From: Nostoc punctiforme PCC 73102
GTDB lineage: Bacteria > Cyanobacteriota > Cyanobacteriia > Cyanobacteriales > Nostocaceae
Assembly: GCF_000020025.1 (NCBI RefSeq)
Contig: NC_010628.1
Span: 6,240,001 to 6,272,000 of the forward strand
Direction: 5' to 3'
DNA length: 32,000 nt
Shown here: positions 16,835-25,689 of the stretch, piece by piece
Layout: each line of letters begins with the position of its first letter
Numbering within the stretch: the stretch's first letter is position 1
Program-made: the position numbers and the translations under genes
Notes under the pieces: model-generated
The model's database searches: none
What the model was told of the DNA's origin: nothing
The model's input: the letters and a program-made list of their open reading frames with translations, nothing else

Positions 16835-19046
16835 ATTTAAACCAAATCGTGTTCGCACTTCTACACTTTTACAAATGGAAGCGGTCGAATGTGGTGCGGC
16901 TGCTTTGGGAATAATTCTTAGCTATTACGGCCAGATTGTGCCACTGGCTAAACTGCGTGAAGAATGCGGTGTCTCGCGGGATGGGAGTAAAGCTTTTAAT
17001 ATTCTCAAAGCTGCCAAAAACTATGGACTCAATGCTAAAGGTTTAAAACTGTCTCTAGAAAAGGTAACAGCTACCCGTCTTCCCTACATTGCCTTTTGGA
17101 ATTTTAACCATTTTCTCGTGGTAGAAGGATATAGCAAAAAACGCGTCTATCTCAATGATCCTGCCAATGGTCGGAGAACAGTGAGTTGGGAAGAGTTCGA
17201 TCGCGCATACACTGGTGTTGTGCTGACAATGGAACCAGGAGCGGACTTCCAGAAGGGTGGCAAAAAAAATCACATTATCTCAGCTTTAACTACCCGTTTA
17301 CAAAACTCACGAGTTACTATCTTGTTTTGTCTGCTAGCTGGGTTATTGTTAACATTGCCTCGGTTAGCGGTGCCAGCTTTTGCTCAAGTGTTTATCGATG
17401 AGATTTTAATCCGAGATCGGCAAGATTGGTTACGACCTTTATTGTTAGGGATGTTTTTAACTACTATATTGCGGGCATTCCTTGCGAGACTGCGGCTGAC
17501 TTATCTGCGGCGATTGATGGTTAAGTTGTCAGTCAGCACATCAGGACAGTTTCTCTGGCATATCCTGCGATTGCCTATTGGGTTTTATGACCAACGTTTT
17601 GCTGGGGAAATCAGTAGTCGGATGCAACTGAATGACCGAGTGGCGGAAGTACTCTCAGGGCCTTTGGCAACCACATTAATTGACGCAGTAATGATGGTTT
17701 TTTACCTGCTGATAATGATTCAGTATGACCAATTATTGAGTGCGATCGCAGTTGGTTTTGCTGCAATTAATATTTTCGCCCTCCTATTTTTATCGCAAAC
17801 TCGTGTCGATGCCAATATCCGCTTGGCTCAGGAATATGGCAAAGTTGGTGGCGTAACAGTTAGTGGCATCCAAACCATAGAAACCATAAAAGCTTCTGGG
17901 CTGGAGTCAGATTTATTTGCTCGGTTTGCCGGTTATTACGCTAAAGCACTCAACGCCCAACAGGAATTAGGCTTAAAAACTCAAATTCTCACCACATTAC
18001 CGACGATTTTGACAGCCCTGACCACAGCTTCTATTCTACTGGTTGGCGGCTTTCAGGTAATGAACGGTAATCTCAGTATTGGGATGCTCGTTGCCTACCA
18101 AAGTTTAACCCTAAGTTTCTTAGAGCCAGTTAATAGCCTGGTCAATTTCGGCAGCACGCTGCAAGATTTAGAAGCTGACTTAAATCGCCTTGATGATGTG
18201 CTGCAAAATCCTGTTGATTTGGAAGTGGAGGAGAGGCAGGGGGAAGGGGGCAGGGAGCAGGGAGCAGGGGAGGCAGGGGGAGCAGGGGGAGAAATTACTT
18301 TTTCATCTCTATGGCAATTACAGGGACATATTGAGTTACGAAATATCACTTTTGGCTACAGTCGGGTGGAACCTGCCTTAATTGAGAATTTTAGCTTAAC
18401 TGTTCAACCTGGACAACGCATAGCGCTTGTGGGGGGAAGTGGTTCAGGAAAATCTACGATTGCTAAATTAATTTGTGGGCTTTATCAGCCTTGGGCAGGG
18501 GAAATCTGTTTTGATGGTGTAGAGCGATCGCAAATTAAGCGTTCTGTATTGGCTAACTCATTGGCAATGGTTGAGCAGGATATCTTTTTATTTGCGGGGA
18601 CTGTGCGAGATAATATCACTCTTTGGGATTCAACTGTGCCAGAAGCTGATTTGGTGCAAGCTTGTCAGGATGCAGCCATTCATGATGCGATCGCTTCTAT
18701 GCCTGCAAAATATGACTTTGAATTGATTGAAGGTGGTATGAATATCAGTGGTGGGCAACGCCAACGTCTAGAAATCGCCCGCGCTTTGGTGAGAAATCCC
18801 ACAATATTAGTACTGGATGAAGCAACCAGCGCCCTCGATGTAGAAACCGAATTGATGATTAACCATAACTTGCGACAGCGTGGTTGCTCATGTATTGTAG
18901 TAGCCCACCGCCTGAGTACAATTCGTGATTGCCATAAAATTATTGTTCTAGACCAAGGTAAAATTGTCCAAAGTGGTACCCATGAGGAATTATGGCAGCA
19001 AGGTGGAACTTATGTTCGCCTACTCCACGCAGCAGAGGCAAGGTAG
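16782..19046 (+). CDS. Bacteriocin/lanthipeptide ABC exporter with N-terminal C39 double-glycine peptidase domain (LanT-like); start codon uncertain
   Basis: [22 protein letters not shown] (catalytic Cys), six-TM domain, Walker [10 protein letters not shown], signature ISGGQRQR, Walker [16 protein letters not shown] 16782 is the only in-frame ATG between the array and the C39 motif. The TTG at 16518 would add about 88 aa of heptad repeat. Confidence 0.85.
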   Translation: MPNTSAPLSTSAPFPIPKFKPNRVRTSTLLQMEAVECGAAALGIILSYYGQIVPLAKLREECGVSRDGSKAFNILKAAKNYGLNAKGLKLSLEKVTATRLPYIAFWNFNHFLVVEGYSKKRVYLNDPANGRRTVSWEEFDRAYTGVVLTMEPGADFQKGGKKNHIISALTTRLQNSRVTILFCLLAGLLLTLPRLAVPAFAQVFIDEILIRDRQDWLRPLLLGMFLTTILRAFLARLRLTYLRRLMVKLSVSTSGQFLWHILRLPIGFYDQRFAGEISSRMQLNDRVAEVLSGPLATTLIDAVMMVFYLLIMIQYDQLLSAIAVGFAAINIFALLFLSQTRVDANIRLAQEYGKVGGVTVSGIQTIETIKASGLESDLFARFAGYYAKALNAQQELGLKTQILTTLPTILTALTTASILLVGGFQVMNGNLSIGMLVAYQSLTLSFLEPVNSLVNFGSTLQDLEADLNRLDDVLQNPVDLEVEERQGEGGREQGAGEAGGAGGEITFSSLWQLQGHIELRNITFGYSRVEPALIENFSLTVQPGQRIALVGGSGSGKSTIAKLICGLYQPWAGEICFDGVERSQIKRSVLANSLAMVEQDIFLFAGTVRDNITLWDSTVPEADLVQACQDAAIHDAIASMPAKYDFELIEGGMNISGGQRQRLEIARALVRNPTILVLDEATSALDVETELMINHNLRQRGCSCIVVAHRLSTIRDCHKIIVLDQGKIVQSGTHEELWQQGGTYVRLLHAAEAR
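18235..18290. repeat. G-rich GGGGAGCAGGGGA-type repeat, in frame in the TMD-NBD linker of the ABC exporter
   Basis: ggcagggggaagggggcagggagcagggagcaggggaggcagggggagcaggggga, translated as [20 protein letters not shown]. Same repeat family as 2223-2257 and 25293-25340. Confidence 0.8.
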
Positions 19047-19165
19047 TATTTGTAAAAAATTTAGACGAGAATGTAAAAATACCCACCCAGACAATTTTGT
19101 GGGAATTATAAAAATTTATTAGGTTTAAATGTGAGTAAAATTGATTTTGAAAATCTGAGGAAAAA

Positions 19166-19690
19166 GTGATTAATAACCAATTAATATCCATTGCTCTGTT
19201 TGCAGGAGCTTTCGGTCTTGATTTGGGTATAGAAGAAGCAGGTTTTTATACTGTCAGCGTAGTTGAAATAGATGCTGATGCAACAAAAACTATTATTCTG
19301 AACCGCCCCCACAATATGGATAAAGACCAAGTAGTTTACTGGGCTGAAAAAATTCAAGAAAAGGTTAAAGAAGGAGATCAAGCGTATATAGGATTTACTT
19401 ATGGTAAAAGAACAAGCAAAACAGTAACAATTGGTCTATTAAAACAAATACTGCCTGATTGGGAAATGCAAACTTTGATTGGTAAAGAACTGTGGAATTT
19501 CTTGAGCGAAGACTCTGATTACAGTTCTAAATTATTTGAGGTTTTGCGTAAATCAGCACATCAGATACTGCATCAAAATTCACTTTCCGAAGAGATAGAT
19601 AGTTGTGCAAATAGAGTAAATTATGAATTTATACAAGACTTTGGAGATGGTCATCAGGGAGTATCGAATTACATTAATAGCATTTTTTAA
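19166..19690 (+). CDS. Hypothetical chimeric ORF: N-terminal ~48 aa resemble motifs I-II of a C5 cytosine DNA methyltransferase, the rest is unrelated
   Basis: ISIALFAGAFGLDLGIEEAGFYTVSVVEIDADATKTIILNRP resembles FxGxGG...AGF...vEid...NxP, but with AGAFG instead of AGAGG. No PC catalytic motif follows. GTG start with GAGGA 5 nt upstream. The surrounding 19047-19830 is visibly AT-richer than its neighbours. Confidence 0.4.
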   Translation: MINNQLISIALFAGAFGLDLGIEEAGFYTVSVVEIDADATKTIILNRPHNMDKDQVVYWAEKIQEKVKEGDQAYIGFTYGKRTSKTVTIGLLKQILPDWEMQTLIGKELWNFLSEDSDYSSKLFEVLRKSAHQILHQNSLSEEIDSCANRVNYEFIQDFGDGHQGVSNYINSIF

Positions 19691-19830
19691 TGCTAAATTT
19701 TATATGGCAACGTGCAATACTTTTGTCTAAAATTATACATACAAAGCTAATTATTAATTATAGAACGCTATGTACTAGATATGATATAGCAAAAGACTTC
19801 TAGCCCATCAAATATTCCATTAATTGAGCA

Positions 19831-22716
19831 ATGAGTAGCGCGCAGGTGAATCCTTCTTCTAAACTCCACTCCTTTCAGGCAAACGAACCAGTATTGTTAA
19901 ATGACTCAGAAACACTATGGATAGTGCAGTCTGGAACATTAGCTGTGTTTGCGACTGGAGTTAAAAACAGTTTACCAAAGGAGCAGCGCCGCTATCTGTT
20001 TCATGTCAACCCTGGAGAATCATTATTTAGTGCAGCTTTGTTAGCGAAAGAAAGCAAGTGGAGTTTTGTAGCGATCGCAATTGAACCTACTCAATTATGC
20101 CAGATGTCAATGGTTGATTTGGTTCAGGGAATTGCAACGGCTGACTCTCAAGCCATAAAACTTTTAGAAGGTTGGGTAAATCATTTAAGTCAGTCTCTTA
20201 GTTCCCAGCAAACAGTTTTGACAATGCCATTAAACATTGTGCAGACATCGGGACAGGATTTTTCATTATCGACTGGTGAGGCACTACATCTGTGGCAACA
20301 AACATTTGTGTGGGTGAAGTTGCAGCAAGGTAATGTTAGCTGGATGGGAGTTGAAGAACTAAGGTTGAATCCCGCCTCGCCAGCTTTTCCCTTCACGAGT
20401 GCGATGTGGCTGGAGGCAGAAAATGCAGTTATTGGACAACTATTAACAATCGCAGATTTACCAAGTTATGAAGAAATACCCAGTAGCTTGGTATGTTTAC
20501 ATACTTATTTCTTTCACTACTTGAGTTTGCTAGCAAACAAACAAGCAGAAGCAGAATTTCGGCAGTTTCAGCAAAGAGAGCAACTTAATCAGCAAGTAAT
20601 TGAGGGCGCACTCTCTGAATTAGCAACAGTATTGCAACCACAGCAAGAAGCTATATCTCAAGAGGGGCCGCCTCTATTGGTAGCAATGGGAGCAATTGGA
20701 CGGACATTAGGAATTGAGATTCGTCCAGCAGCAGATAATTTTAATTCAATTAAAGACCCTGTGGCAGCGATCGCCCAATCATCGCAAATTCGTATCCGGC
20801 GTGTGACTTTGGCAAGTGGCTGGTGGCGGCAAGATCAAGGGCCGATGTTAGCTTATACTCAATTAGAAAAGCGCCCAGTAGCTTTGTTACCGACAGATAA
20901 GCGGGATTATGTGATCTTTGATCCAGTTACGCGAACTCGCATCCCCGTAAATGAGGCAGTAGCAAAAACACTGACAACATCTGCCTACGTTCTGTATCGA
21001 CCGTTGCCCCAAGTTGCACTCAAAGCCATCGATTTACTTCGGTTTGGGGTGAAAGGTTATGAAAAAGACATCGCTAGTATTTTAGTAGTGGGGCTACTGG
21101 GGACGATATTGGGAATGGTTGCACCACAAGCAACAGCAATTTTAATCAATAATGCTATTCCAGATAGCGATCGCGCTTTACTATGGCAGATAGGATTAGT
21201 AATGTTTGCAGTTGCCTTTGGGCAGCTAGCTTTTCAAATTGCCCAAAGTATTATTACCCTCCGAGTTGAAAGCGCCACAGATAGCGTATTGCAACCAGCT
21301 ATTTGGGATCGTCTGCTGAGATTAAGTCCGAGGTTTTTTCGTCAGTATACTGCCGGAGACTTAGTTAACCGGGTGATGGCGGTGAGAGAAATTCATCAAA
21401 AATTGAGCGGCGCTACCCAAAAAACGTTGTTGAGTGGGGTTTTTGCCTTACTCAATTTAGTGTTGATGTTTATTTACAGCTGGCAATTAGCGCTGGTGGG
21501 AGTGGGTTTAGCAATCTTTGCTGCTGCGGTTACAACAGTTGCAAGTTTCCGCTTGGTGAAGAAATCCCGCAAACAGCAAGAACTTAATGGCGCGATTCAG
21601 GGACTCACTGTCCAACTAATCAACGGTGTTGCCAAACTGCGGGTAGCAATGGCAGAAGAACGGGCATTTGCTGCTTGGGCAAAAAAGTATAGCCAGCAAA
21701 TCCGGCTAAAGGCGAATTGGCAACAGATTAAAGATGGCATGTCTGTATTCAATGAAGCACTACCCTTAGTCAGTTCTATATTGCTTTTCGGATTGGCAAT
21801 GCTGTTGATGCAGCCACACCTCACACTTGGTATATTTGTTGCTTTTAACTATGCCTTGACAATTTTCATCAAAGGGATAATTGACCTGAGCAATACTGTA
21901 TCTGAGATTTGGGGGATTGTACCAATATGGGAACGGGCAAAACCAATTTGGCGATCGCAGCCTGAAGATGGATCAACCAAAGTTAACCCTGGTCAATTAA
22001 GCGGTCGTATTGCCCTAGAAAGTGTGAGTTTTCGCTACTCGGAAAATGGCAACTTAATTCTCAATAATGTCAGTTTCCATGCTGAACCAGGAGAGTTTGT
22101 GGCGATTATTGGCCCTTCTGGAAGTGGTAAATCAACGATATTCCGGTTGTTACTGGGATTTGAGACTCCACTGACAGGCAGTGTCTACTATGATGGCCAA
22201 GACTTAGCAGATTTAGAACTTCAGGCTGTACGCAGGCAGTTGGGAGTCGTATTGCAAAATGGCAAATTCGGGACTGGCTCAGTTTTTGATAATATCACCG
22301 CCGGAGCTTTGGTTTCTCTAGAAGAAGCTTGGGAAGCCGCACAGATGGCAGGTTTGGCTGATGATATCAAGCAAATGCCGATGGGGATGCATACTATCAT
22401 TGCTGAGGGTGGTACCAATCTTTCTGGGGGACAACGGCAAAGATTATTGATTGCGCGATCGCTAGTTGCAAAGCCCAAAATTATTTTAATGGATGAGGCA
22501 ACCAGCGCTCTGGATAATCGCACCCAGGCAATTGTGACTGAAAGTTTAGCTAAATTAAATGCTACCAGAGTGGTGATTGCCCATCGCCTCAGTACAATTC
22601 GTCATGCAGACCGCATTTATGTTCTCGATGCAGGTAATGTAGTGCAGATGGGTAATTTCTCAAAATTGATTGCAGAAGAAGGGTTATTTGCTCGACTTGT
22701 AGTTCGGCAGTCATAA
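19831..22716 (+). CDS. Second ABC transporter of the NHLP/Nif11-type export trio (cNMP-binding-like N-terminus, Cys-less C39-like domain, TMD, NBD)
   Basis: N-terminal beta-barrel-like LWIVQSGTLAVFA...RRYLFHVNPGESLF. C39-like region lacking the Cys (PPLLVAMGAIGRTLG ... YVIFDPVTRTRIPV). Walker A GPSGSGKST, signature LSGGQRQR, Walker [12 protein letters not shown]. Confidence 0.88.
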   Translation: MSSAQVNPSSKLHSFQANEPVLLNDSETLWIVQSGTLAVFATGVKNSLPKEQRRYLFHVNPGESLFSAALLAKESKWSFVAIAIEPTQLCQMSMVDLVQGIATADSQAIKLLEGWVNHLSQSLSSQQTVLTMPLNIVQTSGQDFSLSTGEALHLWQQTFVWVKLQQGNVSWMGVEELRLNPASPAFPFTSAMWLEAENAVIGQLLTIADLPSYEEIPSSLVCLHTYFFHYLSLLANKQAEAEFRQFQQREQLNQQVIEGALSELATVLQPQQEAISQEGPPLLVAMGAIGRTLGIEIRPAADNFNSIKDPVAAIAQSSQIRIRRVTLASGWWRQDQGPMLAYTQLEKRPVALLPTDKRDYVIFDPVTRTRIPVNEAVAKTLTTSAYVLYRPLPQVALKAIDLLRFGVKGYEKDIASILVVGLLGTILGMVAPQATAILINNAIPDSDRALLWQIGLVMFAVAFGQLAFQIAQSIITLRVESATDSVLQPAIWDRLLRLSPRFFRQYTAGDLVNRVMAVREIHQKLSGATQKTLLSGVFALLNLVLMFIYSWQLALVGVGLAIFAAAVTTVASFRLVKKSRKQQELNGAIQGLTVQLINGVAKLRVAMAEERAFAAWAKKYSQQIRLKANWQQIKDGMSVFNEALPLVSSILLFGLAMLLMQPHLTLGIFVAFNYALTIFIKGIIDLSNTVSEIWGIVPIWERAKPIWRSQPEDGSTKVNPGQLSGRIALESVSFRYSENGNLILNNVSFHAEPGEFVAIIGPSGSGKSTIFRLLLGFETPLTGSVYYDGQDLADLELQAVRRQLGVVLQNGKFGTGSVFDNITAGALVSLEEAWEAAQMAGLADDIKQMPMGMHTIIAEGGTNLSGGQRQRLLIARSLVAKPKIILMDEATSALDNRTQAIVTESLAKLNATRVVIAHRLSTIRHADRIYVLDAGNVVQMGNFSKLIAEEGLFARLVVRQS

Positions 22717-22733
22717 CACCTTTTATTCTTAAC

Positions 22734-22824
22734 AGGACTTACGCAAAATACCTCTCAAACTCTTATTCCACCGTGTTCTCTGTGCCTCTGTGGTTCGATT
22801 TTCCGTTACCTGTGCGTAAGTCCT
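22734..22824. repeat. MITE-like element, short (91-bp) copy of the 9850-10077 family
   Basis: aggacttacgcaaaatacctctcaaac...ttttccgttacctgtgcgtaagtcct. Terminal inverted repeats AGGACTTACGCA / TGCGTAAGTCCT. Same orientation as the upstream copy. Starts 18 nt after the ABC stop. Confidence 0.7.
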
Positions 22825-22954
22825 ACTTAAGACAATACAATCATTGCTATGGTGATTGATTGCCGCCACAAACAAATTGTATGAACCTAAGTAAGTGGGC
22901 GTAAATAATTGTCGTTGGGATAAGGCAATAGGCAATCAATACTTGTCGAGTTTT

Positions 22955-23000
22955 GGGGAAAAGGCAAAGAGAAAAGGGGTAAAGAAAAAACCTTTACCCC
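22955..23000 (-). terminator. Probable rho-independent terminator of the 23050..23505 gene
   Basis: On the minus strand, GGGGTAAAG-gtttttt-CTTTACCCC (9-bp stem) is followed by TTTTCTCTTTGCCTTTTCCCC, about 50 nt past the stop. Confidence 0.5.
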
Positions 23001-23049
23001 AATAGTTCATTTAACAATTTTTGGTAGTAATTCAGGTTTAAGTTAGTGT

Positions 23050-23505
23050 TTAAAACTCATCCGATAAAACCACTTTTAATTTGGTGTTAAGCTTTGGTGC
23101 AAAACCACTTCCTTCAGCTACATAAGTAATTGCTCCTCCAGCTTCTAAAACAGCAGGGCCACCACAGGCTTTAATTAAATCAACACCGTTCTTCACCTTA
23201 ATATCTTGACAACCAAATTCAAGTCCATTTGGGCCAGTAATTTTAATCTTATTGATTGTTCCAGTTTCACCAGCCGGTAAAAAAAGTTTAGCAGAGCGAA
23301 TAACTGTTGTCGCTGGCAAAGGAGGTGTTGTTGTGTCGATACTGAACTTGCCTCCAGTAATTGTCGCTTTTTCCGTGATAATTAAGGTAGGAGGGGTACT
23401 TGGCGCTGCGATCGCCTCTGTAGAGAAACAGAAAATCAGAAATGATAGAGCAAATGCTAAAATCTTGGTCAAGCGCATGGATTTCTTGAGTGAATTCATA
23501 ATCAT
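23050..23505 (-). CDS. Hypothetical secreted protein
   Basis: Signal-like MRLTKILAFALSFLIFCFSTEAIAA, then a Thr/Pro-rich and beta-rich sequence. No family recognised. The start could be any of three nearby Met codons. Confidence 0.55.
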   Translation of the reverse strand: MIMNSLKKSMRLTKILAFALSFLIFCFSTEAIAAPSTPPTLIITEKATITGGKFSIDTTTPPLPATTVIRSAKLFLPAGETGTINKIKITGPNGLEFGCQDIKVKNGVDLIKACGGPAVLEAGGAITYVAEGSGFAPKLNTKLKVVLSDEF

Positions 23506-24065
23506 TTTTTGTTGAACCTGTAATTTTTAATGCCAGCTAGAGGAAATATTGTCTCCATCGCTGTACTCAAAAGCTACGATATCAACTAAAAAACGCATTT
23601 AATAGTACCCTTGAGGGTACCATTAAGCTGAGTTATCACTTTATGGCAGCTTCGATTTTTCCTCTCTTTTCTACGAAAGATTGATGAAACGAACGATGCA
23701 ATCTATATGCCAATCGTAGTTGCGATCTGCCAAAAGCATTAAGCTTGCAAGGTTCAAAATCAGTTATCTCGATAAAGTATCAAACGTACTGGTACATCGC
23801 TACACAACTATCACAACAGCGAAAATATACCAGACAAAGAATTATTGACATTACTAGTAGTAGTTATAACTCAGTAAGAGAGCGATCGCGTCGTTAAACC
23901 TTACTAACACTACTCACTTAGAAGAGTTTTTAATTCTTTGCCTGACTCAATTCTCCAATTTTTTCTACATAATCGTCCAAAAGAGCCACTAGCTGTGGCA
24001 ATCTGGGAAACAGAGATTTATCAAATCTGATATTTTTAGCTACTGCAAATTTACCCGATCAGGTT

Positions 24066-25292
24066 ATGCAAACTCTGCCCATAGTAGATACTTCAAATAC
24101 TGCATCAAGTCAACATATCTTTGATACAACTATCAAGCGGCGTAAAACCCGTCCCGTAAAGGTAGGAAATGTCACCATTGGCGGTGGCTACCCAGTTGTA
24201 GTGCAGTCAATGATTAACGAAGACACCCTTGATATTGATGGTTCCGTGGCTGGTATTCGTCGTCTGCACGAAATTGGCTGTGAAATTGTCCGTGTCACAG
24301 TGCCGAGTATGGCTCATGCTAAAGCTTTAGCAGAAATTAAACAAAAATTAATAAAAACTTACCAAGACGTACCAATTGTGGCTGATGTCCATCATAATGG
24401 GCTAAAAATCGCCCTGGAAGTCTCCAAGCACATAGAAAAAGTGCGGATTAATCCGGGGTTGTATGTCTTTGAAAAGCCCAACGTCAATCGAACCGAGTAT
24501 ACTCAATCCGAATTTGACGAAATTGGCGATAAAATCCGCGAAACTCTAGAACCTCTAGTAGTTTCTTTGCGAGATCAAGGCAAATCAATGCGAATTGGGG
24601 TAAATCACGGTTCCCTCGCCGAGAGAATGCTATTTACCTACGGTGACACCCCAGAAGGAATGGTGGAATCTGCCATAGAATTCATTCGCATTTGTGAATC
24701 CTTGGATTTCCGCAACTTGGTAATTTCCATGAAAGCCTCACGAGTACCTGTAATGCTAGCTGCCTATCGCCTGATTGCCAAGCGCATGGATGAACTGGGT
24801 ATGGATTATCCGCTACATTTAGGCGTTACCGAAGCTGGTGATGGCGAATATGGGCGAATTAAATCTACGGCTGGTATTGCTACCTTACTTGCTGATGGCA
24901 TTGGCGATACAATTCGCGTCTCACTCACAGAAGCACCAGAAAAAGAGATTCCCGTCTGTTACAGCATTCTCCAAGCTTTGGGATTGCGAAAAACGATGGT
25001 GGAATACGTCGCTTGTCCTTCTTGTGGGCGCACTTTGTTTAACCTAGAAGAAGTGTTACACAAAGTCCGGGAAGCCACTAAACACCTAACTGGATTAGAC
25101 ATAGCAGTTATGGGTTGTATTGTCAATGGTCCCGGCGAAATGGCAGATGCCGACTATGGTTATGTTGGCAAAACACCTGGTTACATTTCCTTGTACCGTG
25201 GCCGAGAAGAAATTAAAAAAGTCCCGGAAGACAAAGGTGTAGAGGAATTAATTAACCTCATCAAGGCAGATGAACGCTGGGTAGAACCTTAA
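24066..25292 (+). CDS. ispG: 4-hydroxy-3-methylbut-2-en-1-yl diphosphate synthase (MEP pathway)
   Basis: [30 protein letters not shown]..., VRINPGL, and the C-terminal Fe-S cysteines CPSCGRT ... GCIVNGPGE. 408 aa. Confidence 0.95.
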
Positions 25293-25540
25293 GGGGAGCA
25301 GAGAGGGGCAAGGGGGCAGGGAGCAGGGTAGGCAGGGGGGACAAGTCTCTTCGTCTCCCCACTCTTCTTTGTCTCCTTTGTCTCTTCTTCATGCCCCATT
25401 CCCCATTCCCCATTCCCCATTCCCCATACCCCATACCCCATACTTCTCTGACGAGAGGCTACGCCCTAAGCGTAGCTATGCCGCAGGCTTTACGACTGGG
25501 CTTAGTACAAGTTCCCCATTCCCAATTCCCCATTCCCAAT
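25293..25540. repeat. Composite G-rich / C-rich heptamer repeat element in the ispG-ctp intergenic region
   Basis: ggggagcagagaggggcaagggggcagggagcagggtaggcagggggg ... (ccccatt)x4 (ccccata)x2 ... ccccattcccaattccccattcccaat. Same architecture as the in-frame copy at 2223-2341. Confidence 0.85.
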
Positions 25541-25689
25541 CTTAAAACTTTTGTATTGATAACAACCAAGGTCGCCGGATTGTCAAGTATTTTGTTTAAA
25601 TTAAGAATACATACTCGGTCTGTACAGTGGAAGCCTGTGTTAGATTGAGCATACTGACTATATATTTTCCCTCTGACGCAGCTGTCATT

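Noticed and set aside
16368-16840. ORFs 16457..16840 (+), 16522..16767 (+) and 16368..16760 (-), which encode PSEAQRP / TLRSSTS / VELLRVN heptad repeats
   Set aside because: They exist only because a 21-nt (7-codon) tandem array lacks stop codons in four frames. They have no ribosome-binding sites or non-repeat domains. They are treated as artefacts of the repeat, apart from the frame shared with the ABC exporter.
22729-22935. 68-aa minus-strand ORF after the second ABC gene
   Set aside because: It overlaps the 91-bp MITE copy and has no support beyond being open.
24031-24065. Partial match to the C-rich box (..tttacccgatc) just upstream of ispG
   Set aside because: Only about 12 of 22 positions match. 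It ends 7 nt before the ATG, so no -10 or leader could follow, and it lacks the TCTCCCC direct repeat.
25391-25648. ORF MPHSPFPIPHSPYPIPH...
   Set aside because: It is a translation of CCCCATT/CCCCATA heptamer tracts and other dispersed repeats in the ispG-ctp spacer.
25627-25689. Upstream start (25627) for the S41 protease
   Set aside because: The extra 21 residues (MEACVRLSILTIYFPSDAAVI) precede a perfectly good Met plus signal-anchor at 25690, and the upstream start overlaps repeat-derived sequence.
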